A stretch of 49,086 nucleotides of DNA from Actinomycetota bacterium (GTDB taxonomy: Bacteria > Actinomycetota > Humimicrobiia > Humimicrobiales > Humimicrobiaceae): assembly GCA_004376325.1 (NCBI GenBank), contig SOKC01000031.1:1-49086 (forward strand), read 5' to 3'. Made by a program: the position numbers and the translations under genes. This document shows, piece by piece, positions 34,337 through 45,473 of this stretch (positions within the stretch are counted from its first letter, which is position 1; the number at the start of each line of letters is the position of its first letter). The notes beneath the pieces were generated by a model. That model was not told the DNA's origin, did no database searches, and saw only the letters and a list, made by a program, of their open reading frames with translations.

Positions 34337-35542
34337 TTATTTAAGACCCAGAAAACTTTTAATTTCATCAACTTTATCCAGTTTTTCCCAGGTGAAATCT
34401 CTGTCACGTCTCCCAAAATGCCCGTAAGCAGCAGTCTTTCTATAAATTGGCCTGAGTAAATTCAAGTTTTTAATAATCGCTGCCGGTCTTAGGTCAAATA
34501 TTTCTTTTACTGCCTTTTCAATTTTTTTAACATCCACTTTTTCAGTGCCAAATGTTTCTACCATAACTGATACCGGGTGCGATACACCAATGGCATAAGC
34601 TACTTCTATTTCAAGCCTGCTAGCAGCTCCGCTTGCCACCAGATTTTTGGCAACATATCTTACCGCGTAGGTAGCTGATCTATCAACTTTAGAAGGATCT
34701 TTTCCTGAAAAACACCCTCCGCCATGTCTTGCCATTCCACCATAGGTATCTATAATTATTTTTCTCCCGGTAACTCCCGTATCACCCATGGGACCGCCAA
34801 GAGTAAATTCCCCGGTTGGATTTACAAATAACTTTAAATCCTTGCTTAAATACTCCTGAGGAACAATTGGTTTTATTACAAATTCTTTGATATCCGGTGT
34901 TATTTGTGTTTCTATATCAATATTGGGAGCATGTTGAGAAGCTATTACAATGGTTTCAACTGAAACCGGCCTGTCATTTTCATACCTTACCGTTACCTGC
35001 GTTTTACCATCAGGCCGCAAGTATGGCAGTATCCCTGCCTTTCTAACTTCAGATAACCGGTGAGACAGCCTGTGAGCCAACTGGATAGGAAGGGGCATAA
35101 ACTCCTCAGTTTCATTGCACGCATAACCGAACATCATTCCCTGGTCTCCAGCACCCTGAGTATCAAATTCATTTTCATATCCATTTCCTACTCTGGCCTC
35201 ATAAGCTTTATTCACACCCTGGGCGATATTAGGTGACTGCTTTCCAATAGAAGACATAACACCGCAGGTCTCATAATCAAAACCATATTTTGCCCTGGTG
35301 TAGCCAATATTTTTAATAACTTCTCTAACAATATCAGGAATTTCTACATAAGTAGAAGTAGTAACTTCACCTGCCACTATTACAATTCCTGTTTTAAGCA
35401 ACGTCTCTATGGCAGTCCTGCATTTGGGATCATCAGCTATCATAGCATCAAGAATTGCATCTGAAATTTGATCAGCCATCTTGTCCGGGTGACCTTCAGT
35501 AACTGATTCCGAAGTAAATAAGAAATCCCTTTTCCTTGTCAT
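34337..35542 (-). CDS. metK: S-adenosylmethionine synthetase
   Basis: [13 protein letters not shown] and [15 protein letters not shown] 35542 is preceded by AGGAGG; the track ORF starts 5 codons earlier. Confidence 0.95.
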   Translation of the reverse strand: MTRKRDFLFTSESVTEGHPDKMADQISDAILDAMIADDPKCRTAIETLLKTGIVIVAGEVTTSTYVEIPDIVREVIKNIGYTRAKYGFDYETCGVMSSIGKQSPNIAQGVNKAYEARVGNGYENEFDTQGAGDQGMMFGYACNETEEFMPLPIQLAHRLSHRLSEVRKAGILPYLRPDGKTQVTVRYENDRPVSVETIVIASQHAPNIDIETQITPDIKEFVIKPIVPQEYLSKDLKLFVNPTGEFTLGGPMGDTGVTGRKIIIDTYGGMARHGGGCFSGKDPSKVDRSATYAVRYVAKNLVASGAASRLEIEVAYAIGVSHPVSVMVETFGTEKVDVKKIEKAVKEIFDLRPAAIIKNLNLLRPIYRKTAAYGHFGRRDRDFTWEKLDKVDEIKSFLGLK

Positions 35543-35553
35543 TATTCCTCCTA

Positions 35554-36786
35554 TCAAAACTTTTGCAGCTCCTTTAAACTTTTTACAATTTCATCCCAGA
35601 TTCCTCTGGCAATAATCCTTTTCTTATCCCTGGCTAATTTCTTTACAGCCCCATCCTGTCTTACTATATCAACTTCATTATAATCGCTTCCAATTCCTAT
35701 ATCCTCTCTGGAGATATCATTGGCAACAATCATATCAATATTTTTATCCTTAATCTTTTCTAAAACATCTCTGGAATTATAACCACTTTCAGCAGCAAAA
35801 CCAACCAGATACTGATTCTTTTTCTTTTCTTTAGCTAAATATTTGAGGATATTTTCATTTTCTTTAAAACTAATTCTGGATAATATATCATTTTTTTTCT
35901 TTAACTTAAAATTATATTTTTTAAGCGGGATTATATCACTTACAGCAGCTGCCATTATAGCAACATCATTGGTGCTATAATACTTATCCAGCACCTTCTT
36001 CATCCCGCTTGTATCTTCAACATATTTGACATCTACGCCGTATGGCTGCGGCTGGTTCCTTATGGTGCTTATAAGGATTACCTTTTCAGCACCTCTGAAA
36101 TAAGCTTCTTCAGCCAGAGCATAACCCATTTTCCCACTGGACCTGTTGGATATATATCTTACAGAATCAATAAACTCCCTGGTGCCGCCGGCTGTAATTA
36201 CAACTTTTTTCCCTTTAAGATCAGAACTATAATTAAGAAGCTCCCCCAGTTTTTCAATTATGATATCTTCATCTTCCAGTCTTCCCAGACCTTTCTCGCC
36301 ACAGGCCAGATTGCCACTCTTCGGCCCTATGAAAAAATATTTTCCTGACTTTCCCAGCCGCATAATATTTTTCTGAATTATTGGGTCAAGATACATACTT
36401 TCGTTCATAGCCGGCGCAATCAGAACAGGACAGATAGCAGAAACCGCTGAAGTGGTCAGGAAATTATCACAAATTCCATAAGATAATTTTGAAATGGTAT
36501 CAGCTGAAGCTGGCGCAATCAAAAAAATATCCGCACTATGAGAAAGTGAGATATGGTAAATTTTCTTCTCGTTTGCAAACTGCTCCACAATAGTTTTATT
36601 TCCAGAGATTGAGCTGAAAGTAATGGGGGTTATAAAATTTAGAGCATTAGGAGTCATTACAGGAACTACATCAGCGCCCATACCAGCCAGCCTGCTGCAA
36701 ATTGAAGCCGCCTTAAAAGCTGCAATAGACGCAGTAATTCCCAGAACTATCTTTTTTTTTAAAAATACTGATTTATTTAAAACCAA
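35554..36786 (-). CDS. coaBC: Bifunctional phosphopantothenoylcysteine decarboxylase/synthetase
   Basis: Flavoprotein N-domain ([14 protein letters not shown]) plus a DFP C-domain ([10 protein letters not shown]); TTG start. Confidence 0.9.
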   Translation of the reverse strand: MVLNKSVFLKKKIVLGITASIAAFKAASICSRLAGMGADVVPVMTPNALNFITPITFSSISGNKTIVEQFANEKKIYHISLSHSADIFLIAPASADTISKLSYGICDNFLTTSAVSAICPVLIAPAMNESMYLDPIIQKNIMRLGKSGKYFFIGPKSGNLACGEKGLGRLEDEDIIIEKLGELLNYSSDLKGKKVVITAGGTREFIDSVRYISNRSSGKMGYALAEEAYFRGAEKVILISTIRNQPQPYGVDVKYVEDTSGMKKVLDKYYSTNDVAIMAAAVSDIIPLKKYNFKLKKKNDILSRISFKENENILKYLAKEKKKNQYLVGFAAESGYNSRDVLEKIKDKNIDMIVANDISREDIGIGSDYNEVDIVRQDGAVKKLARDKKRIIARGIWDEIVKSLKELQKF

Positions 36787-36788
36787 AA

Positions 36789-37028
36789 TTATATAGGTTC
36801 CTTTTTCTTTTTGTAAATTATTTTTCCTTCTTTTATTTCATTAAAGGCAATTTCCAGTGGATCACGTGATTCTACATCAACCAGTGGTTTTATCACACTT
36901 ATTCTTTCCATATTTTTTTGCGCAGAAAGATACTCTCCCAGTTCTCTGGCTCTTTTAGCCGCCAATATACATAGTTTGTATTTGCTGTTTGTATTCTCTC
37001 TATATTCATCAACATACTGCACTTTCAT
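36789..37028 (-). CDS. rpoZ: RNA polymerase omega subunit
   Basis: NSKYKLCILAAKRARELG; 79 aa, between gmk and coaBC. Confidence 0.85.
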   Translation of the reverse strand: MKVQYVDEYRENTNSKYKLCILAAKRARELGEYLSAQKNMERISVIKPLVDVESRDPLEIAFNEIKEGKIIYKKKKEPI

Positions 37029-37603
37029 TTATGTCGTCTCCTTCCTTTTTGATAATCTAGAACTTTCTTTAAATTAAACAAAGCCTCATTATAATTATCA
37101 TTTACAATTATGCAATCATAATATTTCTTATAATTCAGTTCACTTTTTGCAATTTCCAACCTTTTATTCGTTTCTTCCAGACTGTCGGCTCTCCTTTTTT
37201 TGATTCTCTCTTCCAGCTCCTTAAATGAAGAAGTGGTAATAAAGATTAAATAGGTATCTTTTATTTTTTTTATAACCTGCATGGCGCCCTGGACCTCAAT
37301 TACCAGAATTACATTTTTATCTTTACTTAATTTTTCTGTTACAAATTCTTTGGGAGTGCCGTATAGATAACCAGCATAGGTTGCCCATTCAAGCAGCATA
37401 TCTTTTTCTATAAGTTCCTCAAATTCATCCTTACTTATAAAATGATACTGCCTGCCGCTAGTTTCATCTTCTCTTTTCGGCCTGGTGGTAACTGAGATGG
37501 ATCTGACAAAATTGTCCGATTCTTTTACTATATCATTAATCAGGCTACTTTTTCCCGAACCCGAGGGGCCGGAGACAATAAATAATTTTCCTCTGCCTGT
37601 CAT
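37025..37603 (-). CDS. gmk: Guanylate kinase
   Basis: IVSGPSGSGKSS P-loop, TTRPKREDE and YGT motifs. Confidence 0.95.
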   Translation of the reverse strand: MTGRGKLFIVSGPSGSGKSSLINDIVKESDNFVRSISVTTRPKREDETSGRQYHFISKDEFEELIEKDMLLEWATYAGYLYGTPKEFVTEKLSKDKNVILVIEVQGAMQVIKKIKDTYLIFITTSSFKELEERIKKRRADSLEETNKRLEIAKSELNYKKYYDCIIVNDNYNEALFNLKKVLDYQKGRRRHK

Positions 37604-37625
37604 AAAATATTGAAAACTTATCAGC

Positions 37626-37946
37626 CTAAGCTATGTTAAAAAACTTGTAAAAACTTTTTTTCTGATTATTACCCAGCCCGCCAACTTTTTTACTAGGGCT
37701 TATTTTTAAATCCTTTAAAATTTTTAGAGCATTAACTCTTCCATTTCCAGGAAGTGCGCTTACTAGATTTATAACCTTCATATTTATTACATAATTTTTA
37801 AAGAGCTTACCATCTTTAAAAAGTGACCGTATATCAAGCTTACCTTTTTTTAGCAAACCCTTGATTTCAGCTCTCTTTTTTCTTACCTGCCGGGCTTTCT
37901 CCAGGCCCTTTTTTCTGTCTTTGTCGCTTAATTTTTTTAAAACCAT
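37626..37946 (-). CDS. mihF: Actinobacterial-type integration host factor homolog (mIHF/sIHF family)
   Basis: LSDKDRKKGLEKARQVRKKRAEIKGLLKKGK...MKVINLVSALPGNGRVNALKILKDLKISPSKKVGGLGNNQ aligns by eye with the recalled sIHF pattern (LEKA..R..RAE.K..LK.G...MKV..L..SLPG.G...A..I...L.IS....V.GLG.NQ). Confidence 0.65.
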   Translation of the reverse strand: MVLKKLSDKDRKKGLEKARQVRKKRAEIKGLLKKGKLDIRSLFKDGKLFKNYVINMKVINLVSALPGNGRVNALKILKDLKISPSKKVGGLGNNQKKSFYKFFNIA

Positions 37947-38022
37947 AGAGCTGTCTTTATTAAAATAAAATTAGATACATTAGAGTATACAAGTATATAT
38001 ACTTAATATCAACATTTTTTCA

Positions 38023-38637
38023 TCAGTTGCCTGCATTTTTCTTCTTACTGCCAGGGTACACCAGAGGTAGATTTCCCCTGCAAAGTTTGCATTCGGAAGG
38101 CTGATATTTTTCAATACCAAGCTTAATTAAATAATAATATGGACAACCAAATTCCAAACCTGCTGAACGGTCAACTATGCTCATTACCGCTTTTATATGG
38201 GCACCTTTTTTCTTGCATATTTCTATTACTTCCTTTACCGATCCACCGGTGGTAATAACATCTTCTGCCACCATAATTTCCTGGCCAGATTTTATCTCGA
38301 ATCCACGTCTTAATTCCACACTTTCAGCTTTTCTTTCAGTAAATATCATCCGGCAGCCTGCCGCGTAAGCAATCATATAACCCCACAGAATACCTCCCAT
38401 AGCCGGTGACACTACAGCATTAATATTTTTTATATCAATATCTTTGCTGACCACATATAAAGCTTTCCGGGCAAGCCTGTAGGTAATATCCGGATACTGA
38501 AGCAGTCTGGCGCACTGAAGATAGTACTTACTGTGATACCCCGAGCTTAATTTAAAATGACCTTCCATTATGGAACCGGTGTCCTTCAATATTTTATATA
38601 TATCCAATCCTTCAACCTGACTTACTACTTTAAGCAT
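38023..38637 (-). CDS. pyrE: Orotate phosphoribosyltransferase
   Basis: IMVAEDVITTGGSV PRPP motif. Confidence 0.9.
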   Translation of the reverse strand: MLKVVSQVEGLDIYKILKDTGSIMEGHFKLSSGYHSKYYLQCARLLQYPDITYRLARKALYVVSKDIDIKNINAVVSPAMGGILWGYMIAYAAGCRMIFTERKAESVELRRGFEIKSGQEIMVAEDVITTGGSVKEVIEICKKKGAHIKAVMSIVDRSAGLEFGCPYYYLIKLGIEKYQPSECKLCRGNLPLVYPGSKKKNAGN

Positions 38638-39373
38638 GACCCAGTGTCCTTTCTATTTTTTCCAGATATAAATCTATAGTGCCACCTACATCTTCCCTGG
38701 TTGTTATCGAACGGCCTACAATTAAAAAGTCTGCCCCTCTGGACATCGCCTCTTCGGGAGTGTTTATCCTCTTTTGGTCTCCAGCTGCGTCTTCCGGAAG
38801 TCTGATCCCGGGAGTGGCAATATAAAAACCAGTGCCAAATTTTTTCCTTATTGCCTCAACTTCATTTGGTGAGCATATTATTCCATCTGTCCCTGCATCT
38901 ATAGCAACACCGGCTAAATTTAAAACAGAATACATGAAATCCCCCCTGAAGCCTAAAGCCTTAAGATCCTTATCATCCAGGCTGGTAAGAATGGTAACCC
39001 CGAAGAGAAGCGGCCTGAATTTAGCTCTTGATTCTGATTGCTTTTCCAATATTTCCCTTGCCTGCTCGAGCATTTGCCTGCCTCCCAGCGTATGTATGGT
39101 CACTGCGCTGACACCAAGGCCTCCAATAGCTTCCGCAGCACTCTTTACTGTATTGGGTATATCAAAAAGCTTTGCATCAAGCATTACCTTATAACCAAAA
39201 CTCTTTACTGTATCAATTACCTCCAGCCCAACACCATATATCAGTTCCAGACCTAATTTTAAAGTTGATACTTTGCCGGAAATTTTCCTGCACATATTTA
39301 CAACATCACTTTTTTTATTTTTATCCAGACTTACAATCAATCTGTCTCTTAAGGATAATTTTTTATCTTTCAA
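38630..39373 (-). CDS. pyrF: Orotidine-5'-phosphate decarboxylase
   Basis: LIVSLD and MLDAKLFDIPNTV motifs; TTG start. Confidence 0.9.
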   Translation of the reverse strand: MKDKKLSLRDRLIVSLDKNKKSDVVNMCRKISGKVSTLKLGLELIYGVGLEVIDTVKSFGYKVMLDAKLFDIPNTVKSAAEAIGGLGVSAVTIHTLGGRQMLEQAREILEKQSESRAKFRPLLFGVTILTSLDDKDLKALGFRGDFMYSVLNLAGVAIDAGTDGIICSPNEVEAIRKKFGTGFYIATPGIRLPEDAAGDQKRINTPEEAMSRGADFLIVGRSITTREDVGGTIDLYLEKIERTLGHA

Positions 39374-40335
39374 GTTCTAAGCCTTCCTATTAATTCATTA
39401 ATATTATAAATTTTTTTCTCCTTAAGGTAGTTCCTTAAACCTTCTATTATCTTTTTCCCCACATCATACTGTATGAAATTTGCAGTACCAACCCCTACCG
39501 CACTGGCACCTACCAACAGAAATTCCAGAGCATCCTGCCAGCTAAAAATGCCGCCCATTCCAATAACAGGGAGGATTTTTTCTCTGGTCAGAGAATAAAC
39601 CTTTGCCAGAGCAATTGGCTTTACTGCCGGACCTGAAAGACCTCCAAGGACATTGCCCAATCTGGGTCTGAATGTTTCTATATCTACAGCCATACCTACT
39701 ACAGTATTGATTACTGATAATGCTTCCGCTCCTCCTTTTTTTGCCGCCATAGCTGCTTCAACCAGATTCTGATAATTAGGACTGAGCTTGGCTATAACCG
39801 GGATATTTAAAATACTTACTGTTGAACTTACTATCTTTTCAACTTCGTCAGGCATAGCACTAAAGGCCATTCCTCCCTTTTTAACATTTGGACAGGAGAG
39901 ATTAAGCTCCACCGCAATAATTCTTTCCTTAACATCTGCAGCCCTGGATGCCACTTTCCTGAACTCTTCCAGATCCTGCCCGAATATACTTAAAATAATT
40001 TTTATCCCTAATTTCTCGGCCTTGCGCAGGTGCTTCTTTATAAACATATCTATCCCATCATTTTGAAGGCCGATAGAGTTTAACATCCCGGAGGCAGTCT
40101 CGCAAATCCTGGGCGGAGGATTTCCCTTTATAGGTTTTAATGAATAGCTTTTGGTTGTTACCGCTCCCAGTATGGCAGTATTATAAAACTGGCTGTATTC
40201 CACCCCATAAGCGAAAGTGCCAGAACATGCTATTACCGGATTATCCAGTTTTATTCTTCCCAGCCTTACTGACAGGCTGGATTCATTTCCTATAGTATCC
40301 GTTTCATATGAAAATAAGCTGTTCTGCTCAATCAA
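39370..40335 (-). CDS. pyrD: Dihydroorotate dehydrogenase 1B, catalytic subunit
   Basis: NPVIACSGTF, ELNLSCPNVK and GMGGI motifs; TTG start. Confidence 0.9.
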   Translation of the reverse strand: MIEQNSLFSYETDTIGNESSLSVRLGRIKLDNPVIACSGTFAYGVEYSQFYNTAILGAVTTKSYSLKPIKGNPPPRICETASGMLNSIGLQNDGIDMFIKKHLRKAEKLGIKIILSIFGQDLEEFRKVASRAADVKERIIAVELNLSCPNVKKGGMAFSAMPDEVEKIVSSTVSILNIPVIAKLSPNYQNLVEAAMAAKKGGAEALSVINTVVGMAVDIETFRPRLGNVLGGLSGPAVKPIALAKVYSLTREKILPVIGMGGIFSWQDALEFLLVGASAVGVGTANFIQYDVGKKIIEGLRNYLKEKKIYNINELIGRLRT

Positions 40336-41122
40336 ATATTACCTCCCCCAGATTAAATGCAGGCCCATCCTTACAAACCTTCTTGTAGGAAAAACCCCTT
40401 TTGCCTTTTCTTAACTTTACCACGCATCCAGAACAAACTCCTACTCCGCAGGCCATTCTTTCATCAAGAAGTGCGGTTACTTTATTATTTCTATCCTTAT
40501 AAATATTCTGCAGAGTTTTAAGCATATCTCTCGGCCCGCAGCAATAAATATCAAAATTTTTAAATGACCTTATATTATTCCAAACATAATCTGAAACCAG
40601 GCCTTTCTCTCCCCAGGAACCATCTTCGGTAAGCACAGCATGATTTATCTTAAGTTCGATTAAATCTTTTTCCCATCTTAAGTAACTATTATCTTTAAAT
40701 CCTGCAGCAAAAAATACATTTTTTTTCATTCCGCCGGCAAGCTTTGCTATAAGATACAGAGGGGCTATGCCAATACCACCTCCAATCAGGAGTATATTAT
40801 TTTCATTCCCATTTAAATCTATTTCATTTCCCATTGGTCCGGCAAAATCCAGGATATCTCCCCTCTTAAGTTCGGATAAAAACTTGGTGCCTCTACCCTT
40901 TACCCGGTACAATATGGAAAAAACATTAAATTTTTCTTCAATATCAAAAATACCAAATGGCCGCCTAAGCAGAGGGTCAAGAACGCTTTCAGGTGAGCAT
41001 TTCACATTAATAAACTGGCCTGCTGTAGCATTCTTACATATATATGGCGAAAAAATCTCCATCCTGTAAAGATTATCACTATATTTTTCATTGGAGAGTA
41101 TTTCCCCGCTTAGCAATTCCAT
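40328..41122 (-). CDS. pyrK: Dihydroorotate dehydrogenase 1B, electron-transfer (FAD/2Fe-2S) subunit
   Basis: RRPFGI FAD motif and the C-terminal cluster MACGVGVCSGCVV. Confidence 0.85.
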   Translation of the reverse strand: MELLSGEILSNEKYSDNLYRMEIFSPYICKNATAGQFINVKCSPESVLDPLLRRPFGIFDIEEKFNVFSILYRVKGRGTKFLSELKRGDILDFAGPMGNEIDLNGNENNILLIGGGIGIAPLYLIAKLAGGMKKNVFFAAGFKDNSYLRWEKDLIELKINHAVLTEDGSWGEKGLVSDYVWNNIRSFKNFDIYCCGPRDMLKTLQNIYKDRNNKVTALLDERMACGVGVCSGCVVKLRKGKRGFSYKKVCKDGPAFNLGEVIFD

Positions 41123-44100
41123 CAGTATTCCTGTATAGGTTTAACTTTTACTTTAGAGTTGTATTTTATCTCCTGTATCCCCTGCACCACAGCCGAAGCT
41201 CCTGATATGGTGGTAATGGAAGGCACATTATGACGGACAGCTGCAGTCCTCAGATAATACCCATCACTTCTGGCAATTCTGCCCTCAGGGGTATTTATAA
41301 TAAGGTCAATTTCCCCGTTTTTTATCATATCCAGAACATTGGGTCTTCCTTCTCTAATCTTTAAAACTTTATGGCATTTTATCCCTTTTTCTTCCAGCGT
41401 ATCCCCCGTTCCCTTGGTAGAAATTATATTAAAACCAAGCTGGGATAATTTTTTGGCTATATCTATTATGGCATCTTTATCCTCATCATTTACACTTATA
41501 AACACCGACCCTGAAGTAGGAAAGACCTGATTGGTGGAAATCTGGGTTTTGGCAAAGGCAATTCCAAAACTACTGTCTATACCCATTACCTCACCTGTGG
41601 ATTTCATCTCAGGACCAAGTATGGTATCCACACCCGGGAATCTGTTAAAAGGCAGCACTGCTTCTTTGATACTAAAATAATCAAGTGATGTGGGATCAAC
41701 TCTCTTAAAATCAAGATTTTTTAACTTCCTGCCGGTCATTACCAGAGCCGCTATCTTTGCCAGAGGGACATTTATTGATTTGCTTACAAAAGGAACTGTT
41801 CGTGAAGCTCTGGGGTTGGCTTCCAGTACATAAACGGTAGAGTCTTTTATGGCATACTGAATATTCATAAGCCCGACTACCTTGAGCTCTTTTGCCATCC
41901 TGTAAGTGTAATTTTTAATAACTTCTATAATCTTTTTACCCAGGGTAAAAGGCGGTATCACACATGCACTATCACCCGAGTGTATTCCTGCTTCCTCTAT
42001 ATGTTCCATAATCCCTCCAATGAGCAGTTCATCTCCATCATAAACAGCATCAACATCAACTTCTATTGCCCGCTCTAAAAATTTATCAATCAGTATTGGC
42101 CTCTCATTGGATACCACCGTAGCATCCTTTACATAATCAATAAGGCTTTCTTCGGTATAGACAATGTTCATAGCCCTTCCGCCCAACACATAAGAAGGCC
42201 TTACCAGTACCGGATAGCCTATTTTTTGGGCTATCTTTTTTGCCTTATCCACATCCATAGCGGTCCCGTTTTCAGCCTGGGGAATATTAAGTTTCTTAAG
42301 CATTGAACCAAATCTTTTCCGGTCCTCGGCAATGTCAATACTGTCAGGCGAAGTTCCTAAGATGTTTACGCCCGCCTTTTGTAGCCTAAGGGCAAGTTTA
42401 AGAGGAGTCTGTCCCCCAAACTGCACTATAACTCCATAAGGTTTTTCCGCTTCTACAATATTTAAAACATCCTCAAAGGTTAAAGGCTCAAAATACAACC
42501 GGTCTGAGGTGTCATAATCAGTACTTACTGTTTCAGGATTGCAGTTTATCATAATAGCTTCATATCCATTTTCACGTAATGCAAAAGATGCATGAACACA
42601 GCAATAATCAAACTCTATACCCTGTCCAATTCTATTTGGCCCACTACCCAGTATAATAATTTTTTCTTTATTAGAAGATACCACCTCATTTTCAGATTCA
42701 TATGTAGAATAATAATAAGGCGTGTACGCTTCAAATTCTCCAGCGCAGGTATCCACCGTTTTAAAAGTCGTTTTAATATTGTATTTACTTCTTAGAGCTC
42801 TGACTTTATTCTCATGTGTGTTACACAAATATGCGATCTGAACATCAGAATAACCAAGTTTTTTTGCTTCAAACAACTTTTCCTTTGTTATATCTTTAAT
42901 ATCTTCGCACTTAAAACCTTTTTCAAAATCCACCAGTTGCTTAATATTAAATAAAAACCAGGGGTCTATTTTAGTATAGCTTGATATTTCTTCAACACTT
43001 CTTCCCTTCTCAAAAGCATATTTAATATAAAAAACTCTATCCTGATTAGGAATAGATAACTTGCTGTTCAGCAGCTCCTCTCCTATATTGTCTTTCCCAT
43101 CAGACCCAAGCCCATATCTATCTATCTCTAAAGACCTTATTGACTTTTGAAGAGCCTCTTTAAAAGTTCTCCCAATCGCCAGTACTTCACCTACAGATTT
43201 CATCCTGGTGGTAAGACTTTGATCAGTTCCCGGGAACTTCTCAAATGTCCACCTGGGGAATTTTACAACTACATAATCTATAGAAGGCTCAAAACAGGCA
43301 GGTGTCTTTTTAGTTATATCATTTGGAATTTCATCAAGTGTGTATCCTATAGCTAATTTAGTTGCAATCTTTGCAATCGGATAGCCGGTTGCCTTGGAAG
43401 CCAGGGCGCTGCTTCTTGAAACTCTTGGGTTCAATTCAATGACTGCTACTTTTCCATTTTCAGGGTTAACAGCAAATTGTATATTTGATCCACCTGCGCT
43501 AACACCTATTTCTCTCATTATTTTAATACCCGCATCTCTTATATCCTGATATTCCTTATAGGTGAGAGTTTGAGCCGGGGCTGCACAAATACTATCTCCA
43601 GTATGTACCCCCATCGGGTCAAAATTCTCAATTGAACATATAATAACCACATTATCATTTTTATCTCTCATCATCTCTAGTTCAATCTCTTTCCATCCTG
43701 CAACCGATTTCTCTACCAGGACTTCAGACTTTGGTGACAGATCAAGGCCCCTTGTAACTATTTCCATAAATTCTTCTTTATTAAATGCAACTCCCCCTCC
43801 TATTCCTCCAAGTGTAAAGCTGGGTCTTACTACTAATGGGAATTTTAATTTCTTACTGAAATTCAAAGCTTCTCTTAAACTATGTGCATATCCGCTTGGA
43901 GGAACATGTAGACCAATGTTACCCATTGCCTCCTTAAATTGTTCTCTATCCTCAGCCTTGTTAATAACGTCAATATCAACCCCTATTAGTTCCACCCCGA
44001 ATTTGTCCAGTACTTTTTCATTTGACAGAGCTGCTGCCATATTCAATCCTGTTTGTCCTCCCAGTGCCGGGAGTAGCGCATCCGGTCTTTCTTTTTTAAT

Positions 44101-44331
44101 TATTTTTTCTACAAACTCGGGTGTCAAGGGTTCGATATAAGTTCTATCTGCAAATTCAGGATCTGTCATAATTGTAGCAGGATTGCTGTTTACAAGTACC
44201 ACCTTATAACCTTCTTGTTTTAAAACCTTGCAAGCCTGGGTTCCTGAATAATCAAACTCACAGGCCTGCCCGATGACTATTGGTCCTGAACCTATAAGCA
44301 AAATTTTCTTTAAATCTCTTCTTTTAGGCAT
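41122..44331 (-). CDS. carB: Carbamoyl-phosphate synthase large subunit
   Basis: 1069 aa with duplicated ATP-grasp halves ([23 protein letters not shown] ... [21 protein letters not shown]) and an MGS-like C-terminus. Confidence 0.95.
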   Translation of the reverse strand: MPKRRDLKKILLIGSGPIVIGQACEFDYSGTQACKVLKQEGYKVVLVNSNPATIMTDPEFADRTYIEPLTPEFVEKIIKKERPDALLPALGGQTGLNMAAALSNEKVLDKFGVELIGVDIDVINKAEDREQFKEAMGNIGLHVPPSGYAHSLREALNFSKKLKFPLVVRPSFTLGGIGGGVAFNKEEFMEIVTRGLDLSPKSEVLVEKSVAGWKEIELEMMRDKNDNVVIICSIENFDPMGVHTGDSICAAPAQTLTYKEYQDIRDAGIKIMREIGVSAGGSNIQFAVNPENGKVAVIELNPRVSRSSALASKATGYPIAKIATKLAIGYTLDEIPNDITKKTPACFEPSIDYVVVKFPRWTFEKFPGTDQSLTTRMKSVGEVLAIGRTFKEALQKSIRSLEIDRYGLGSDGKDNIGEELLNSKLSIPNQDRVFYIKYAFEKGRSVEEISSYTKIDPWFLFNIKQLVDFEKGFKCEDIKDITKEKLFEAKKLGYSDVQIAYLCNTHENKVRALRSKYNIKTTFKTVDTCAGEFEAYTPYYYSTYESENEVVSSNKEKIIILGSGPNRIGQGIEFDYCCVHASFALRENGYEAIMINCNPETVSTDYDTSDRLYFEPLTFEDVLNIVEAEKPYGVIVQFGGQTPLKLALRLQKAGVNILGTSPDSIDIAEDRKRFGSMLKKLNIPQAENGTAMDVDKAKKIAQKIGYPVLVRPSYVLGGRAMNIVYTEESLIDYVKDATVVSNERPILIDKFLERAIEVDVDAVYDGDELLIGGIMEHIEEAGIHSGDSACVIPPFTLGKKIIEVIKNYTYRMAKELKVVGLMNIQYAIKDSTVYVLEANPRASRTVPFVSKSINVPLAKIAALVMTGRKLKNLDFKRVDPTSLDYFSIKEAVLPFNRFPGVDTILGPEMKSTGEVMGIDSSFGIAFAKTQISTNQVFPTSGSVFISVNDEDKDAIIDIAKKLSQLGFNIISTKGTGDTLEEKGIKCHKVLKIREGRPNVLDMIKNGEIDLIINTPEGRIARSDGYYLRTAAVRHNVPSITTISGASAVVQGIQEIKYNSKVKVKPIQEY

Positions 44332-44349
44332 AAATACTCTTCCTAATTT

Positions 44350-45453
44350 CTAATTATTAAAATTCTTTATTAACTCAGTAAATTTGTTAAAAACACATCC
44401 TGAGTCATGAGGACCCGGTTTTATTTCTGGATGATATTGTACAGTAAAAGCATTTATATCCACATATTCTAATCCTTCAATTGTATTATCATTTAAATTC
44501 AAATGCGTTATTTTACAGCTGGTATTACCAATATCTTTTAACGATTCTTTATCAACTTCAAATCCATGATTCTGTGATGTTATTTCAATCTTTCCTGTTC
44601 TAAGATTTTTAACTGGATAATTGCCTCCATGATGGCCAAATTTTAGCTTATAAGTCTTTGCTCCCAGAGCAAGAGCTAACAGCTGATGGCCCAGGCAAAT
44701 TCCAAATATAGGCTTCTTACCAATTAGCTTTTTAATATTTGTAACTGCATAATTAACAGCTGCGGGATCTCCGGGTCCATTAGAGAGGAAAATACCATCA
44801 GGTTTATATTTTAATATTTCTTCAGGTTTTGTAGATGCTGGTACAACAATTATTCTAAAACCTTCTCGATCCAGACATTTCAGAATACCCATTTTTACTC
44901 CAAAATCTACTGCCACAACAAACTGCTTATAATCACCCTTTTTAGGATTATAAATATATGGTTTGTCGCAAGTAACATACTTTACCAGGTCTCTTTTAGT
45001 AATCGATGGGTAGTCTTCCATCTTTTTTTTCAACTCACTTTCAGCTTTGGTTTCAGTTGAAATAATTCCTTTCATTGCGCCCTCAAGTCTGATATGCCTG
45101 GTTAATTGTCTGGTATCTATTCCGGCTAAACCTACGATATTATACTTCTTAAGATAATCCTCGAGACTGCCCTCTGCCCTCCAGTTACTGTAGTAATTAA
45201 AACATTCTTTTACAATCAGGCCCTTAGCTTGGATTTTATCAGATTCTACGTCTATACTGTTTACACCATAATTTCCAATCTGGGGATAGGTCATTGTAAC
45301 TATTTGCTCACAATAAGAAGGATCGGTTAAAATTTCCTGATAGCCAATCATAGATGTATTAAATACCACTTCACCAATTGTTTCGCCGCTGCACCCAATA
45401 TTTTCACCTTTAAATAACTTTCCATCTTCTAACATTAAAATTGCTTTTAAAAT
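44350..45453 (-). CDS. carA: Carbamoyl-phosphate synthase small (glutaminase) subunit; start probably ATT 45453 or ATG 45435
   Basis: LEDGKLFKGENIG, VVFNTSMIGYQEILTDPSY and the GICLGHQ catalytic Cys. The track's 30-aa N-terminal extension overlaps pyrC and has no CarA similarity. Confidence 0.85.
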   Translation of the reverse strand: MLKAILMLEDGKLFKGENIGCSGETIGEVVFNTSMIGYQEILTDPSYCEQIVTMTYPQIGNYGVNSIDVESDKIQAKGLIVKECFNYYSNWRAEGSLEDYLKKYNIVGLAGIDTRQLTRHIRLEGAMKGIISTETKAESELKKKMEDYPSITKRDLVKYVTCDKPYIYNPKKGDYKQFVVAVDFGVKMGILKCLDREGFRIIVVPASTKPEEILKYKPDGIFLSNGPGDPAAVNYAVTNIKKLIGKKPIFGICLGHQLLALALGAKTYKLKFGHHGGNYPVKNLRTGKIEITSQNHGFEVDKESLKDIGNTSCKITHLNLNDNTIEGLEYVDINAFTVQYHPEIKPGPHDSGCVFNKFTELIKNFNN

Positions 45454-45473
45454 TATAATCCTTCTCCTATATG

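Noticed and set aside
35543-35553. Possible SAM riboswitch upstream of metK
   Set aside because: Only 11 nt separate the coaBC stop from the metK ATG, so metK is embedded in the operon with no room for a leader.
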